This document shows, piece by piece, positions 1 to 9,404 of a stretch of 32,000 nucleotides of DNA. The position numbers and the translations under genes were made by a program. The notes beneath the pieces were generated by a model that was not told where the DNA came from, ran no database searches, and saw only the letters and a program-made list of their open reading frames with translations. The stretch comes from Cylindrospermopsis raciborskii Cr2010. Its GTDB lineage: Bacteria; Cyanobacteriota; Cyanobacteriia; Cyanobacteriales; Nostocaceae. Positions within the stretch are counted from its first letter, which is position 1. Each line of letters opens with the position of its first letter. The stretch covers positions 480,001 through 512,000 of the forward strand of contig NZ_CP065936.1 of the NCBI RefSeq assembly GCF_003367075.2. Direction: 5' to 3'.

Positions 1-367
1 GTTGGGTTGAGGAACGAAACCCAACGCCCCCATGGGCATCCTACAAATAATTGTGCCTCCGTACTTGCTAGTAAATGAAAAGCTCCTCACAAGAAAATCG
101 CCGAAAGGCACGGAAGCCACTTGGCTTTAGACAGGAAGTGCCAACGGCGAATTTATTCGCCTTGATATTTAACCGTGATGCGGATCTTCAATATTGCAGT
201 GTTGTCTTTATGTTATTTTGTGGCTGCTATTGACAAGTAAGTCTTATCTGAGGCTATACTTTCGGAATAAACTTAAAGTAGCGGTGATGCTAAGAATTAA
301 TTTTAGCAGAATCAGTACAGGCTGTTTAAACCAGCCTCAGAAAGTTCGTTTATGGACTGTTCAGAAA

Positions 368-390
368 TCTCCGTGTCTTTAGACCGGAGA
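368..390 (+). repeat. Small hairpin TCTCCG-T-GTC-TTTA-GAC-CGGAGA followed by AGCTTAA, resembling the 3' end of an IS605/TnpB-type element (remnant)
   Basis: Stem-loop read directly. CCGGAGAAGCTTAA recurs at about 533-546. Resemblance to TnpB-element 3' ends is from general knowledge. Confidence 0.35.
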
Positions 391-846
391 AGCTTAACTC
401 GATAATTTGGTTACGGATTTAAGACGAGGTGCTAAACTCAGACGTGCTGACCTCTCTCGTGCTGAGGTGGGAGGTACTAGTTTCAAGAATGCTAAGCTGA
501 ACCCTGAATGGCAATTTCTCCAACTATACGATACCGGAGAAGCTTAATCTTAGTAATTACCCCCCAGTTCCTTCTCAAGGGAAAAACCTGAATGTATTGA
601 GGGGCGATTGCGCAGCACTCCCTACGGGAGATTGCCAACTACCCGTTATTTTTTGAATTAATCCATACCTGGAGACTGTCTATTGGGGAGACCGGGAATC
701 AATTTTGGGTCTCAAAGCGAAAGTAGGTTTAAAACCGACTAGTTTTGTGATATTGTAAGTTGAGTTCAATAACTCAACATCCCTAAACAAACTATGTTAT
801 ATTAAATTAAACCGATTAAGTCAGTACCAAAGTGGGAGGTATAGAC

Positions 847-1614
847 ATGGTGAGGCAAATTGTACCAGAAACTGAACCGGGGGGGATAAAATCTGATAAA
901 AATCAGCTTGGAGAGACAATCGTCCCTCAAATTGTCTACCCAGAAAGTGATAATAAACCTATGGCGGATAACACTAGACAATTTACATGGATTGTCAAAA
1001 TTAAGGAAAATTTAGAAATACTATTTAAGTCTAACCTAGATGTGTTTGTAGCTGGGGACTTATTTTGGTATCCAGTAGAGGGTAGCAACAAAATTAAACT
1101 AGCTCCCGATACCATGGTGGTGTTTGGGAGACCCAAGGCACACCGGGGGTCTTATCGACAGTGGGAAGAAGATAATATTCCTCCCCAGGTGGTTTTTGAA
1201 ATTTTATCTCCCGGGAATACTCAAGATGAAATGGACAAAAAAAAGCTGTTTTATCTGAAACATGGAGTAGAAGAGTATTATGTGTATGACCCAGATAGAA
1301 TTAGTCTAGAAGTATCTATTAGAGAAAATAATTCATTTAAAGAGATTAAGGATTTTAGTGTTTGGACTAGTCCAAGATTGGATGTACGGTTTGATATGAC
1401 GGGAGATGAATTAGTCATCTATTATCCAGACGGTGGTAGGTTTCTTAGTTCTGTAGAGTTGAGTAATTATGCAGAACAAGAAACCCAACGTGCAGAACGT
1501 GAAAAATTGCTTAAAGAACAAGAAAGATTTCTCAAAGAGCAGGAACAAATAAAGTATCAAACCTTGCTATCACAATTAAAAGCTAAGGGTATTGATATTA
1601 CTGCACTCGAATAA
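847..1614 (+). CDS. Uma2 family (DUF820) endonuclease-like protein, copy 1 (ORF track starts at GTG 832; ATG 847 more likely)
   Basis: Motifs APDTMVVFGRPK, WEEDNIPPQVVFEILSPGN, KKLFYLKHGVEEYYVYDPD, ending in a charged coiled-coil tail. Near identical to two other ORFs in the window. Confidence 0.85.
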   Translation: MVRQIVPETEPGGIKSDKNQLGETIVPQIVYPESDNKPMADNTRQFTWIVKIKENLEILFKSNLDVFVAGDLFWYPVEGSNKIKLAPDTMVVFGRPKAHRGSYRQWEEDNIPPQVVFEILSPGNTQDEMDKKKLFYLKHGVEEYYVYDPDRISLEVSIRENNSFKEIKDFSVWTSPRLDVRFDMTGDELVIYYPDGGRFLSSVELSNYAEQETQRAEREKLLKEQERFLKEQEQIKYQTLLSQLKAKGIDITALE

Positions 1615-1737
1615 ACTATTACCTGCACCAGAATACCCTTGGAAGGTTTTTAAAAACTGGAGTTTATACTAAAGAGCGCAGCACTCCCTGCAGGAGATCG
1701 TCTCCCTACATCTTCTCAAGGGAAAACTGTGAACCTG

Positions 1738-3050
1738 CTTACCGGGCGACAAAGTGGTCAAACAGCTTGTTTCATAAGGGATAGAGCCTGAAAGCCACGC
1801 TTGAAAAAGAGGCGTTTATGAAGTTTAAGACTAATTAAGCTTAGAGCTAAATCAGCCCATAGTTCCATGCCGTAAATCCATAATTGTCCGTAAACAGCAA
1901 AGCTAAAATCACTCTGACGTGGGTAATTGTCCTGATGTTGTTGAATCCGTCCAGCATAAGTCTCTATCCCTAATTTTTTCATCCGTTGACCGTACGGCCA
2001 AACTATAAGCAATTACAATTAATAAAACTAAGGCTAAAAAACGAGTTTCATTTACTTTAGTATCCTCTAGATTATAACCTCCTGTTTTACAATCTTTGAA
2101 GAATTGTTCAATTCCCCATCGACATCTATAGAGGCATAAAGTTTGTTTGAGATTTGGTAGATTAGTTAAGATATACCAAGGTTCTTTTTGTCCTTTATGA
2201 CTATATTTTCTCTTCCAATAAACAGCGATATTAAATAACCCTAATTCATCTCCTTTACCACATTTAACTCCATGATAAAACTTCGACATCCCCGGCTTAA
2301 ATCCTTGGTTTTTAAAAACTTGATATTCAAGTCCTATTTCTTCTTGAAAATGAAGGTCTTTTTTCTGACGTAAAGCAAAGTAAACTCCTTGCTCATCAAG
2401 CCACTTAGCCAGTTTTGCACTATGAAATTCTCTATCTGCCAACACCACAATTCGACATTTTTTCAACAACTTTATTGCTGTCTTTATCAATCTTTTTTGG
2501 GTTGATAAGTTACTATTTCCTACATGATTTAATGTTTCCCAATATAGTGGTAAGGCATGAGTACCCCATACCAATGTCACCATAAATATATTCCGTCCTT
2601 TCCACTGTGTTCTATCCAGTGCTACCATCCAGTAACCATACTTTTGATATTGTTTTTTATGAAAATAGCGGCGCTGTTCTCAATTCAATTGTTGTGGTGT
2701 TAACGATTGTCTAATCCAATATTTTATCAAGGGAAACCATAATAATTTTACGCAGAGTTTATTTATTCCTAAAAATCTTTGTAAATTACGTTTCCTGCTT
2801 TCATATTTAATTGGTTGGGGAAACAAACTCGCCAATTTTGACAGTTTTACTTGGCGATAAGCTTGTATCAATAATAACAATATCTCCAGTGTCAAATACT
2901 GCTGTTCACTCAAATGCTTTCGGAAAATTTTGTGATATGATTGTGGTAACATTTTGTTGTTTTGGGGCTCCCTTGCCCCTATTTTTTTACCCCCTTATTT
3001 TCTCAAATTATTGCCACATCTCATCTTCAACCCCCTTGTCACCCGGTAAG
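1738..3050 (-). mobile_element. IS4-like insertion sequence with 15-bp terminal inverted repeats CTTACCGGGYGACAA
   Basis: Left end cttaccgggcgacaa (1738-1752) and right end ttgtcacccggtaag (3036-3050) are inverted with one mismatch. Transposase fragments lie between. Confidence 0.7.
1758..2952 (-). pseudogene. IS4-family transposase broken by frameshifts (fragments 2952-2680, 2628-1909, 2012-1758)
   Basis: Fragments MLPQSYHKIFRKHLS..., ALDRTQWKGRNIFMVTLVWG..., VVLADREF, YRCRWGIEQFFKDCKTGGYNLEDTK, ...KKLGIETYAGRIQQHQ are sequential but out of frame. Confidence 0.8.
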
Positions 3051-3602
3051 CTTGACATCCCTAAATTTATCCCCGATTCATCTAAAAACACTAAATTTCT
3101 AATATCAACTGTATCTACCCAACGACGATAATCATGCCTTAATTCTTGAACACTTGGAGTCTCCTGTTCACTGGCATTTAGACTTTTTTTTATGACGTAG
3201 ACCCAACTTTTCTAAGGCTCGATGCATGGTTGTGATACTAACACTAGTGCCCGTCGTTTCTCTCAGGCGATCGCATAATTCTGAAAGTAGTAAATCATTT
3301 TTCTCATCCAGCCAAGACTTGATCATGTTTAAATATTGGCCTGCAATTATAGGCTTTTCATATCCCCCACATTGCTTTGGCTCAACTTGCCCAGTTTCAC
3401 GATAACGACGTACTAAATTTTTCACAAATGATAAGCTGACCTTGAATCTTTCTGCCAACTGGCGTTGAGATCCCTCTTGAGCAACCCATGCTACAATCAA
3501 CTGAGATAACGGCTCGTTGAATGCTTGGCGGTTAAGTCCAGTCATTGCTCGTAGCAGTCGCTCTTGATTCAGGATGCGGTCTAAGTTCAACATTAATGTC
3601 AC
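3051..3602 (-). pseudogene. IS630-family transposase N-terminal part, frameshifted and truncated, with an unusual IS5-like N-terminal extension
   Basis: VAWVAQEGSQRQLAERFKVSLSFVKNLVRRYRETGQVEPK...TTMHRALEKLGLRHKKK, then in another frame LRHDYRRWVDTVDIRNLVFLDESGINLGM, ending at the IS4 TIR. Confidence 0.75.
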
Positions 3603-3817
3603 CCTACTTGTCTGCTTGATTATTATCCCTTATTTTCCAACAACTCTATTAGAAGCCCTAAATGAGTCCATGACAAGTGCAGTAAATTATATTACAGCAG
3701 AGGATGCGCTTAATTGGTTCAATCATTGTGGTTTATTTACATGAAAACCGCTGTAATAAATTTGGTGAAATCATGCTACTGTTGGGAGGGTTTTTATCTT
3801 AGGAGATTATTTACATT

Positions 3818-4207
3818 ATGCAGGTTAGGACACGCTTATTAATGTTTTTGAGTGCGGTATTCGTAATTTTGGGAATAATTCTTTCCCAACCAACATTAGC
3901 TGATGGATTGAAGGTGGACAATTTTTCTAACCTCATTGCCTTGCAAAATTCGGCCGAGGATAAGCTGGGTACTGACTTTGGTCGAAAAATTAACCTCAAT
4001 AATGCAAGTAGGCGGGAATTTAAGCAGTATCCTGGTTTGTATCCCACATTGGCTGTTTGGATAGTGAAGAATTCACCATACAAAAAAGTAGAAGACGTGC
4101 TGAAAATTTCAGGGTTGACCGATGGACAGGTAGAAGTATTACGTAGTAATTTAGATCATTTTACCGTTGAAGAACACAATTTCTCTGGACTTGAAGAACG
4201 CCCTTGA
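3818..4207 (+). CDS. psbU: Photosystem II extrinsic protein PsbU (12 kDa)
   Basis: 129 aa with signal peptide, [66 protein letters not shown] preceded by AGGAG. Confidence 0.93.
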   Translation: MQVRTRLLMFLSAVFVILGIILSQPTLADGLKVDNFSNLIALQNSAEDKLGTDFGRKINLNNASRREFKQYPGLYPTLAVWIVKNSPYKKVEDVLKISGLTDGQVEVLRSNLDHFTVEEHNFSGLEERP

Positions 4208-4342
4208 TGAGACCGAATTAATAATAGAAAATCACAGTGCGATGGCACTGTGATTTTTGTGTGCCACCACTCATTGTATATACGCGACCATCGATTAGCT
4301 CATGCTTGTCCAACTGCTGTTCTTCCCAGCAAAAATACTCTA

Positions 4343-4531
4343 AGGAGATGAATTAGGGTTATTTAATATCGCTGTTTATTGGAAGAGAAAATATTGTCAT
4401 AAAGGACCAAAAGAACCTTGGTATATCTTAACGAATCTACCAAATCTCAAACAAACTTTATGCCTCTATAGATAGCGTGGCTTTCAGGCTCTATCCCTTA
4501 TGAAACAAGCTGTTTGACCACTTTGTCACCC
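4343..4531 (+). mobile_element. Internally deleted remnant of the IS4-like element
   Basis: Encodes GDELGLFNIAVYWKRKYCHKGPKEPWYILTNLPNLKQTLCLY, then jumps to the element's terminal gcgtggctttcaggctctatcccttatgaaacaagctgtttgaccactttgtcaccc. Confidence 0.75.
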
Positions 4532-4662
4532 GTTTAGGGCGATCGCCTCCCTACATCTTCTCAAGGGAAAAATTTGAACATGTTGAAGGGCGCGCATTTA
4601 AGAACTCTCCCCTGGTTCCTTCTCAAGGGAAAAATCTGAATGTGTTGAGGGGCGATTGCATT

Positions 4663-5803
4663 AGACATCTCCGGAAATAGCCAAAGCGTTACCAATACTA
4701 CTTTTTAAGGTGAGACACCCCAATACAAAAGTAGCTGACTGGTATGCTAAAATAAGCGTTAGAGATGCCTCTTGTTGGGAATTAACCAAAAGATAACACC
4801 TATGTGAGATAATTTATTTTTAGCCAAGTCCAAATCTTGATAACTAAAATAAGTAGGTTCCCATTCGGAAACGAACAAGTCCACAAATAGTCATGATTAC
4901 CTGTTCATACTTACTTGAATTTAATCGAAATCTTTCTTGTGCCACTCTGAATATTTTCACTACACGAATTAAATGTTCAACAAAAATTCGTTCGGAAGCT
5001 AACTCTTTATTTTTTTCTTTTTGTTCAGACGTTAATTCTTGGTTTTTAGGTTTTTTTGTCGGAGTTTTCATTAACTCCTCTCCTTGATAAGCTTTATCAC
5101 CACTAAATTTTTGTTTTTTATCAAATATATTTCTGGTTTCACGGAATAAATTTACATCACTTTTTGGACCAGGTTTACCCGCTACTACATCAACAATATC
5201 TTTACCATTTGGTAAAACGATTAGTTGACTTTTTCTAGTATGACAGGCTTTTTTACCTGAATAATATTTTTTTTGTTCTTGGTACTCTCCAGGTCTGTCT
5301 ATAGGCTGTTCATAGCTATCCACTATTAACTCAAATTCTGTTAATATTTCTTTAACGACTTCGTAATCACTGGAGTTTTTTTTTACCTGTTCTAGCAAAC
5401 TTGGTGGCAATAATTCTCCTATTATTGGCAACCAATAGTTAAAGATATCATTTGCAGTTGTTTCACTTACTCCAAATTGAATACCTAGTAGCTGAAATGT
5501 TGTTAACTGCCGTAAATATGTTAATGTTAAGATTATTTGCTCCGACGGTGATAATTTGGGTTTGCGCCCTCCACCGCCTTGAATAATTCGGGTTTTTTTT
5601 GATTCAACCAATTGTTGTTTCTGATGATGCAGTTTTATGGCTTTTTCCAAAAGTTGCTGTAACTGCTCATACTTCAGACCCAAAAAACGGTGTGATTCGT
5701 GAGGATTATTCTGGATATATTCAGATATGTTGCTCATAATAAGTTGCCAAAAATACCATTTCATATTATTTTATCACACTTTGATTCTTTTTCGGAGATG
5801 TCT
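4663..5803 (-). mobile_element. IS5/HARBI1-like (DDE_Tnp_4) insertion sequence, 1141 bp, TIR AGACATCTCCG, apparent ATT target duplication
   Basis: agacatctccggaaa left and tttttcggagatgtct right, flanked by att on both sides. A second 1141-bp copy lies at 17312-18452. Confidence 0.88.
4844..5764 (-). CDS. Transposase, DDE superfamily (HARBI1/IS5-like), intact
   Basis: 306 aa, ...GGGGRKPKLSPSEQIILTLTYLRQLTTFQLLGIQFGVSETTANDIFNYWLP...VDSYEQPIDRP...GDKAYQGEE...VEHLIRVVKIFRVAQERFR. Confidence 0.9.
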   Translation of the reverse strand: MKWYFWQLIMSNISEYIQNNPHESHRFLGLKYEQLQQLLEKAIKLHHQKQQLVESKKTRIIQGGGGRKPKLSPSEQIILTLTYLRQLTTFQLLGIQFGVSETTANDIFNYWLPIIGELLPPSLLEQVKKNSSDYEVVKEILTEFELIVDSYEQPIDRPGEYQEQKKYYSGKKACHTRKSQLIVLPNGKDIVDVVAGKPGPKSDVNLFRETRNIFDKKQKFSGDKAYQGEELMKTPTKKPKNQELTSEQKEKNKELASERIFVEHLIRVVKIFRVAQERFRLNSSKYEQVIMTICGLVRFRMGTYLF

Positions 5804-5892
5804 ATTACACTCCTCGTGGGCGATTGCGCAGCACTCCCTACGGGAGATCGCTCTCATATAGGTCTATTTTACAGCACTTCCCCTCTGATAAA

Positions 5893-6455
5893 AGATTGAC
5901 GGAAAACGTTTTCCGTCAGTGCATAAAGCCATTATTTCAAGGATTTTGGCGTATACTATTTGACTAAATGTAGTTATGCAATTTGGTATTGTGTTTTATC
6001 ATATTAAATCATAGCCATACATTTTTATCCAGACAATGAAATATACTTTTAAAGTTTTGCACCCGGTAACTTACAGTAGGGTATTCACAATAAAAATAAA
6101 ATATACATAATTTTTAGGGAATTATTTTGCTGTAAATGTGTTATAATAAGGGGGAATATAGGGGAAAATCGATATAAATATTTAAGTAATAAAAAAGAAT
6201 AATGATAAAAATAAAGACAAAAAGAACAGTAATTAACGAAGAGATTGCGAAGGTCAAGAAAAAACGCTGGAATGCCTATTATTTGGTTGGGAACCTCGTA
6301 GCCTTGTGGTGTAAAGGTTTCAGCCATTATTTTCAGGGTGCTGGAGGTGAAAAACAGAGAAATTTTGCTGACCTTCGCAAAGTGGGTCTAGACACCAGTC
6401 AGGGTAAGGGGTTAAAATGGTGGGGTCTTGACCTTCGCAAGAAGGAATTGGTAAA
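5893..6455 (+). repeat. Duplicated CRISPR-leader-like region (copy A), inverted relative to 22623-23165
   Basis: From the palindrome (...gattgacggaaaacg...) through ...gaaaaacagagaaattttgctgaccttcgcaaagtgggtctagacaccagtcagggtaaggggttaaaatgg, matching the reverse complement of the DNA right of the main array. Confidence 0.75.
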
Positions 6456-6531
6456 AGATTTTGTAGGAACGAACCCTAGAGTAGACTTCCATTGAGTCTT
6501 GACCTTCGCAAGAAGGAATTGGTAAAAGATT
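6425..6531 (+). CRISPR. Decayed mini-array: two identical 36-nt hybrid repeats (6425-6460, 6496-6531) and one 35-nt spacer
   Basis: GTCTTGACCTTCGCAAGAAGGAAT equals the first 24 nt of the array repeat, followed by TGGTAAAAGATT. Spacer ttgtaggaacgaaccctagagtagacttccattga. Confidence 0.6.
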
Positions 6532-6823
6532 GACGGTAAACGTCTTCCGTCAAAGGATAAATCAGTTATTTCAAAGGTTTTGGGATATTTGGAGGGCGAT
6601 TGCGAAGCACTCCCTTTGGGAGATCGCAAAGGACTAGCAACCTGGAGACTGTCTGTTGGGGAGACCGGGAATCAATTTTGGGTCTCAAAGCGAAAGTCGG
6701 TTTAAAACCGACTAGTTTTGTGATATTGTAAGTTGAGTTCAATAACTCAACATCCCTAGACAAACTATGTTATTTTAAATTAAACCGATTTAGTCAGTAC
6801 CAAAGTGAATGGGAGGTATAGAC

Positions 6824-7753
6824 ATGGTGAGGCAAATTGCACCAAAAACTCAACTGGGGGTGATAGAATCTAACATTAATCAGGGTGTGGAGACATCTGA
6901 AATTGTCTACCCAGAAAGTGATAACAAACCTATGGCGGATAACACTAGACAATTTACATGGATTGTCAAAATTAAGGAAAATTTAGAAATACTATTTAAG
7001 TCTAAGGCGGATGTGTTTGTGGCTGGGGACTTGTTTTGGTATCCAGTGAAGGGTAGTAACAAAATTAAACTAGCCCCTGACACCATGGTGGTGTTTGGGA
7101 GACCTAAGGGTCACCGGGGGTCTTATCGACAGTGGGAGGAGGATAATATTCCTCCCCAGGTGGTTTTTGAAATTTTATCTCCTAGTAATAATAGTACTGA
7201 GATGAATAGAAAAAAGCTCTTTTATCTGGAACATGGAGTGGAGGAGTATTATGTATATGATCCAGATAGGATTAGTCTAGAAGTATCCATTAGAGAAAAT
7301 AACTCATTTAAGGAGATTGAGAATTTTACCACTTGGACTAGTCCAAGATTGAAAATAAGATTTGACATGAGCCAAGATGAATTAGTCATCTATTATCCAG
7401 ATGGGAGTAAGTTTCTTAGTCCTGTAGAATTGAGTAATTATGCAGAACAAGAAACTCAACGTGCAGAACGTGAAAAATTGCTTAAAGAACAAGAAAGACT
7501 TCTCAAAGAGCAGGAAACTCAACGTGCAGAACGTGAAAAATTGCTTAAAGAACAAGAAAGATTTCTCAAAGAACAAGAAACTCAACGTGCAGAACGTGAA
7601 AAATTGCTTAAAGAACAAGAAAGATTTCTCAAAGAACAAGAAACTCAACGTGCAGAACGTGAAAGACTTCTCAAAGAGCAGGAACAAATAAAGTATCAAA
7701 CCTTGCTATCACAATTAAAAGCTAAGGGTATTGATATTACTGCACTCGAATAA
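6824..7753 (+). CDS. Uma2 family (DUF820) endonuclease-like protein, copy 2, with expanded coiled-coil repeats
   Basis: Same domain as copy 1. C-terminus contains repeated ETQRAEREKLLKEQE. The ORF track begins slightly upstream at 6809 and the internal ATG is the homologous start. Confidence 0.83.
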   Translation: MVRQIAPKTQLGVIESNINQGVETSEIVYPESDNKPMADNTRQFTWIVKIKENLEILFKSKADVFVAGDLFWYPVKGSNKIKLAPDTMVVFGRPKGHRGSYRQWEEDNIPPQVVFEILSPSNNSTEMNRKKLFYLEHGVEEYYVYDPDRISLEVSIRENNSFKEIENFTTWTSPRLKIRFDMSQDELVIYYPDGSKFLSPVELSNYAEQETQRAEREKLLKEQERLLKEQETQRAEREKLLKEQERFLKEQETQRAEREKLLKEQERFLKEQETQRAERERLLKEQEQIKYQTLLSQLKAKGIDITALE

Positions 7754-7788
7754 ACTATCACCTGCACCAGAATACCCTTAGGAGGTTT

Positions 7789-8121
7789 TTAAAAACTGGA
7801 GTTTATACTAAAGAGAAGAGCGATTGCGCAGCACTCGCTACGCGAGATCGCATTACACTCCCGACGGGAGATCGCGAGGCACCACTTACTACCTGAAATA
7901 CCATGAGAAAGGAGAGTTGGGCTAAATACGCGAGGTAAGACTAGGTAAACTATGCAAGGGAGGGAAAAACATCCCCACTTCACAACCCCATTGTTCCCAA
8001 CCTCCCAGTAATGGTAGTTGACCCTTTGATGCGTAAAGTGACGATAAATCATCATAATAAAGACTAATAATACTATTATAAGATAGCTAATATCCGTTAT
8101 GCCTCCATCCTGTTCTGTCAC
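7789..8121 (-). CDS. Small hypothetical protein with one predicted transmembrane segment, duplicated at 24568-24852
   Basis: MTEQDGGITDISYLIIVLLVFIMMIYRHFTHQRVNYHYWEVGNNGVVKWG, near identical to the + strand ORF at 24568. Confidence 0.4.
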   Translation of the reverse strand: MTEQDGGITDISYLIIVLLVFIMMIYRHFTHQRVNYHYWEVGNNGVVKWGCFSLPCIVYLVLPRVFSPTLLSHGISGSKWCLAISRRECNAISRSECCAIALLFSINSSF

Positions 8122-8209
8122 TCGCTTTCAGTATGTTCTGGAAAATTGTGTGGGACATGGTAGCATAGACCTCGGGTAATTTGGCAAAAGACTAATTAAT
8201 ATGAAATAT

Positions 8210-8323
8210 GTCTCGACCTTCGTAAGAAGGAATAGGTATTGCGACTGCTTGTACAACTAAAGAGGTATTTGATTGTTTTACAGCTACATCTTGACCTTCG
8301 TAAGAAGGAATAAGTATTGCGAC
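8210..8323 (+). CRISPR. Decayed two-repeat mini-array (8210-8245, 8288-8323) with a 42-nt spacer
   Basis: GTCTCGACCTTCGTAAGAAGGAATAGGTATTGCGAC, spacer tgcttgtacaactaaagaggtatttgattgttttacagctac, aTCTTGACCTTCGTAAGAAGGAATAAGTATTGCGAC. Confidence 0.75.
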
Positions 8324-8578
8324 CTGGTAGATACTGGGTTGGATTCTGCCCTCGCACCCTGGTTCGGAAGCATTTCCCTTGCGAATTTCCTAGGGTTCGT
8401 CTTCCCCCTATGAGCGATTGCGAAGCACTCCCTACGGGCGATTGCGAAGCACTCGCTACGCGAGATCGCTCTTAGAGATTATCCCCCTAGTTCCTTCTCA
8501 AGGGAAAAACTTGAATATGCTGAAGGGCGATTGCGAGATCGCATTTATAGGAGGGGGTAGGTAAGGGGGGTAAACTTT

Positions 8579-8637
8579 TGGCAGGGATGAAACCAAATCG
8601 AAAAAAGAAGGGAACATCACCGGGACAAGCTTTAGCT
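8579..8637 (+). pseudogene. Short remnant of a RAYT (IS200-like) gene C-terminal region
   Basis: ggcagggatgaaaccaaatcgaaaaaagaagggaacatcaccgggacaagct encodes AGMKPNRKKKGTSPGQ, matching the intact RAYT LLAGMKPNQKKKGTSPGQLKLF. Confidence 0.6.
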
Positions 8638-8845
8638 CTTTTGAAGGGATAAGCATAATCTTCACCTCATCCCAAATCAAAAATGTCGTACATATCGCGG
8701 ATTAGCTTATGAGATAGCTTACCAACTAGATTTGATTTATTCTATTAGGTTTCCCGATTGCCACTCATCATTCATTGACAAATGTAAGGAAAACTCTTTG
8801 AGTGAAATTTGTCCGGAAATTCGATCGCTTTGGCAATAAAAATAT

Positions 8846-9391
8846 CTATGATTGCATCAATTTCACAAACCCTGGTGCCACGATCGCGAGAACTGCTAAC
8901 ACTTCTGGAACTGTCAGTGGTGGGTCGTCGAGGTCGCCAGCTTGTTCGCTCAAAATTTCCATCATCAGCGTGGGATTCAAGTAGAAGAGATGGGTCAGAA
9001 ACTCATCTGGGGTTTGAGCCTCAACCCCAAACGGTTCTAATGTTTGTTTGGGAAAGTCCTTGATGTTGCTGGTGACAATTACTTGAGATCGAGACATCAC
9101 CGCTGCAGCTAAGACATGGCGGTCTTTCTCATCGTTAGTCATGGCAGGGATGAGTACTTCAAACCCTCGCACATTAGCTTCGGCGAAAAACCGATTCATT
9201 TGGTCGATCAGATCTTGAGCATCTTCGGGACTGGTCATTCCTCTCTTGACCAAATTGCGCCTCACTTCGTCTAAGATTTCGTCGCTCCAGTGCAGCCGAT
9301 ACATCCCTTTTTCGACAGCGCGGAGGAGCGTATCTCTCAAGGTGGCAGGAATTAGGACACAGGCATCCAAAACTACTCCAAAAGATGACAA
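8846..9391 (-). CDS. PIN-domain protein, probable toxin (VapC-like)
   Basis: 181 aa, VVLDACVLIPATLRDTLLR...WSDEILDEVRRNLV...MTNDEKDRHVLAAAV...VIVTSNIKDFP. Adjacent to an HTH antitoxin-like gene. Confidence 0.83.
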   Translation of the reverse strand: MSSFGVVLDACVLIPATLRDTLLRAVEKGMYRLHWSDEILDEVRRNLVKRGMTSPEDAQDLIDQMNRFFAEANVRGFEVLIPAMTNDEKDRHVLAAAVMSRSQVIVTSNIKDFPKQTLEPFGVEAQTPDEFLTHLFYLNPTLMMEILSEQAGDLDDPPLTVPEVLAVLAIVAPGFVKLMQS

Positions 9392-9404
9392 GGTTGTTTC
9401 CTCT

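Noticed and set aside
3695-4320. tRNA or other structural RNA genes around psbU, and elsewhere in the window
   Set aside because: No cloverleaf or conserved tRNA boxes could be recognised by eye. A tRNAscan run would be needed to be sure.
6202-6495. 97-aa ORF MIKIKTKRTVINEEIAKVKKK... and the similar minus ORF 22599-22847
   Set aside because: Lies in the duplicated leader region. The reading frame is not maintained between copies and includes CRISPR repeat sequence.
7382-7699. Long minus ORF and + strand frame-shifted ORF (QNVKNCLKNKKDF...) in Uma2 copy 2
   Set aside because: Alternative frames of the same minisatellite, with no independent coding evidence.
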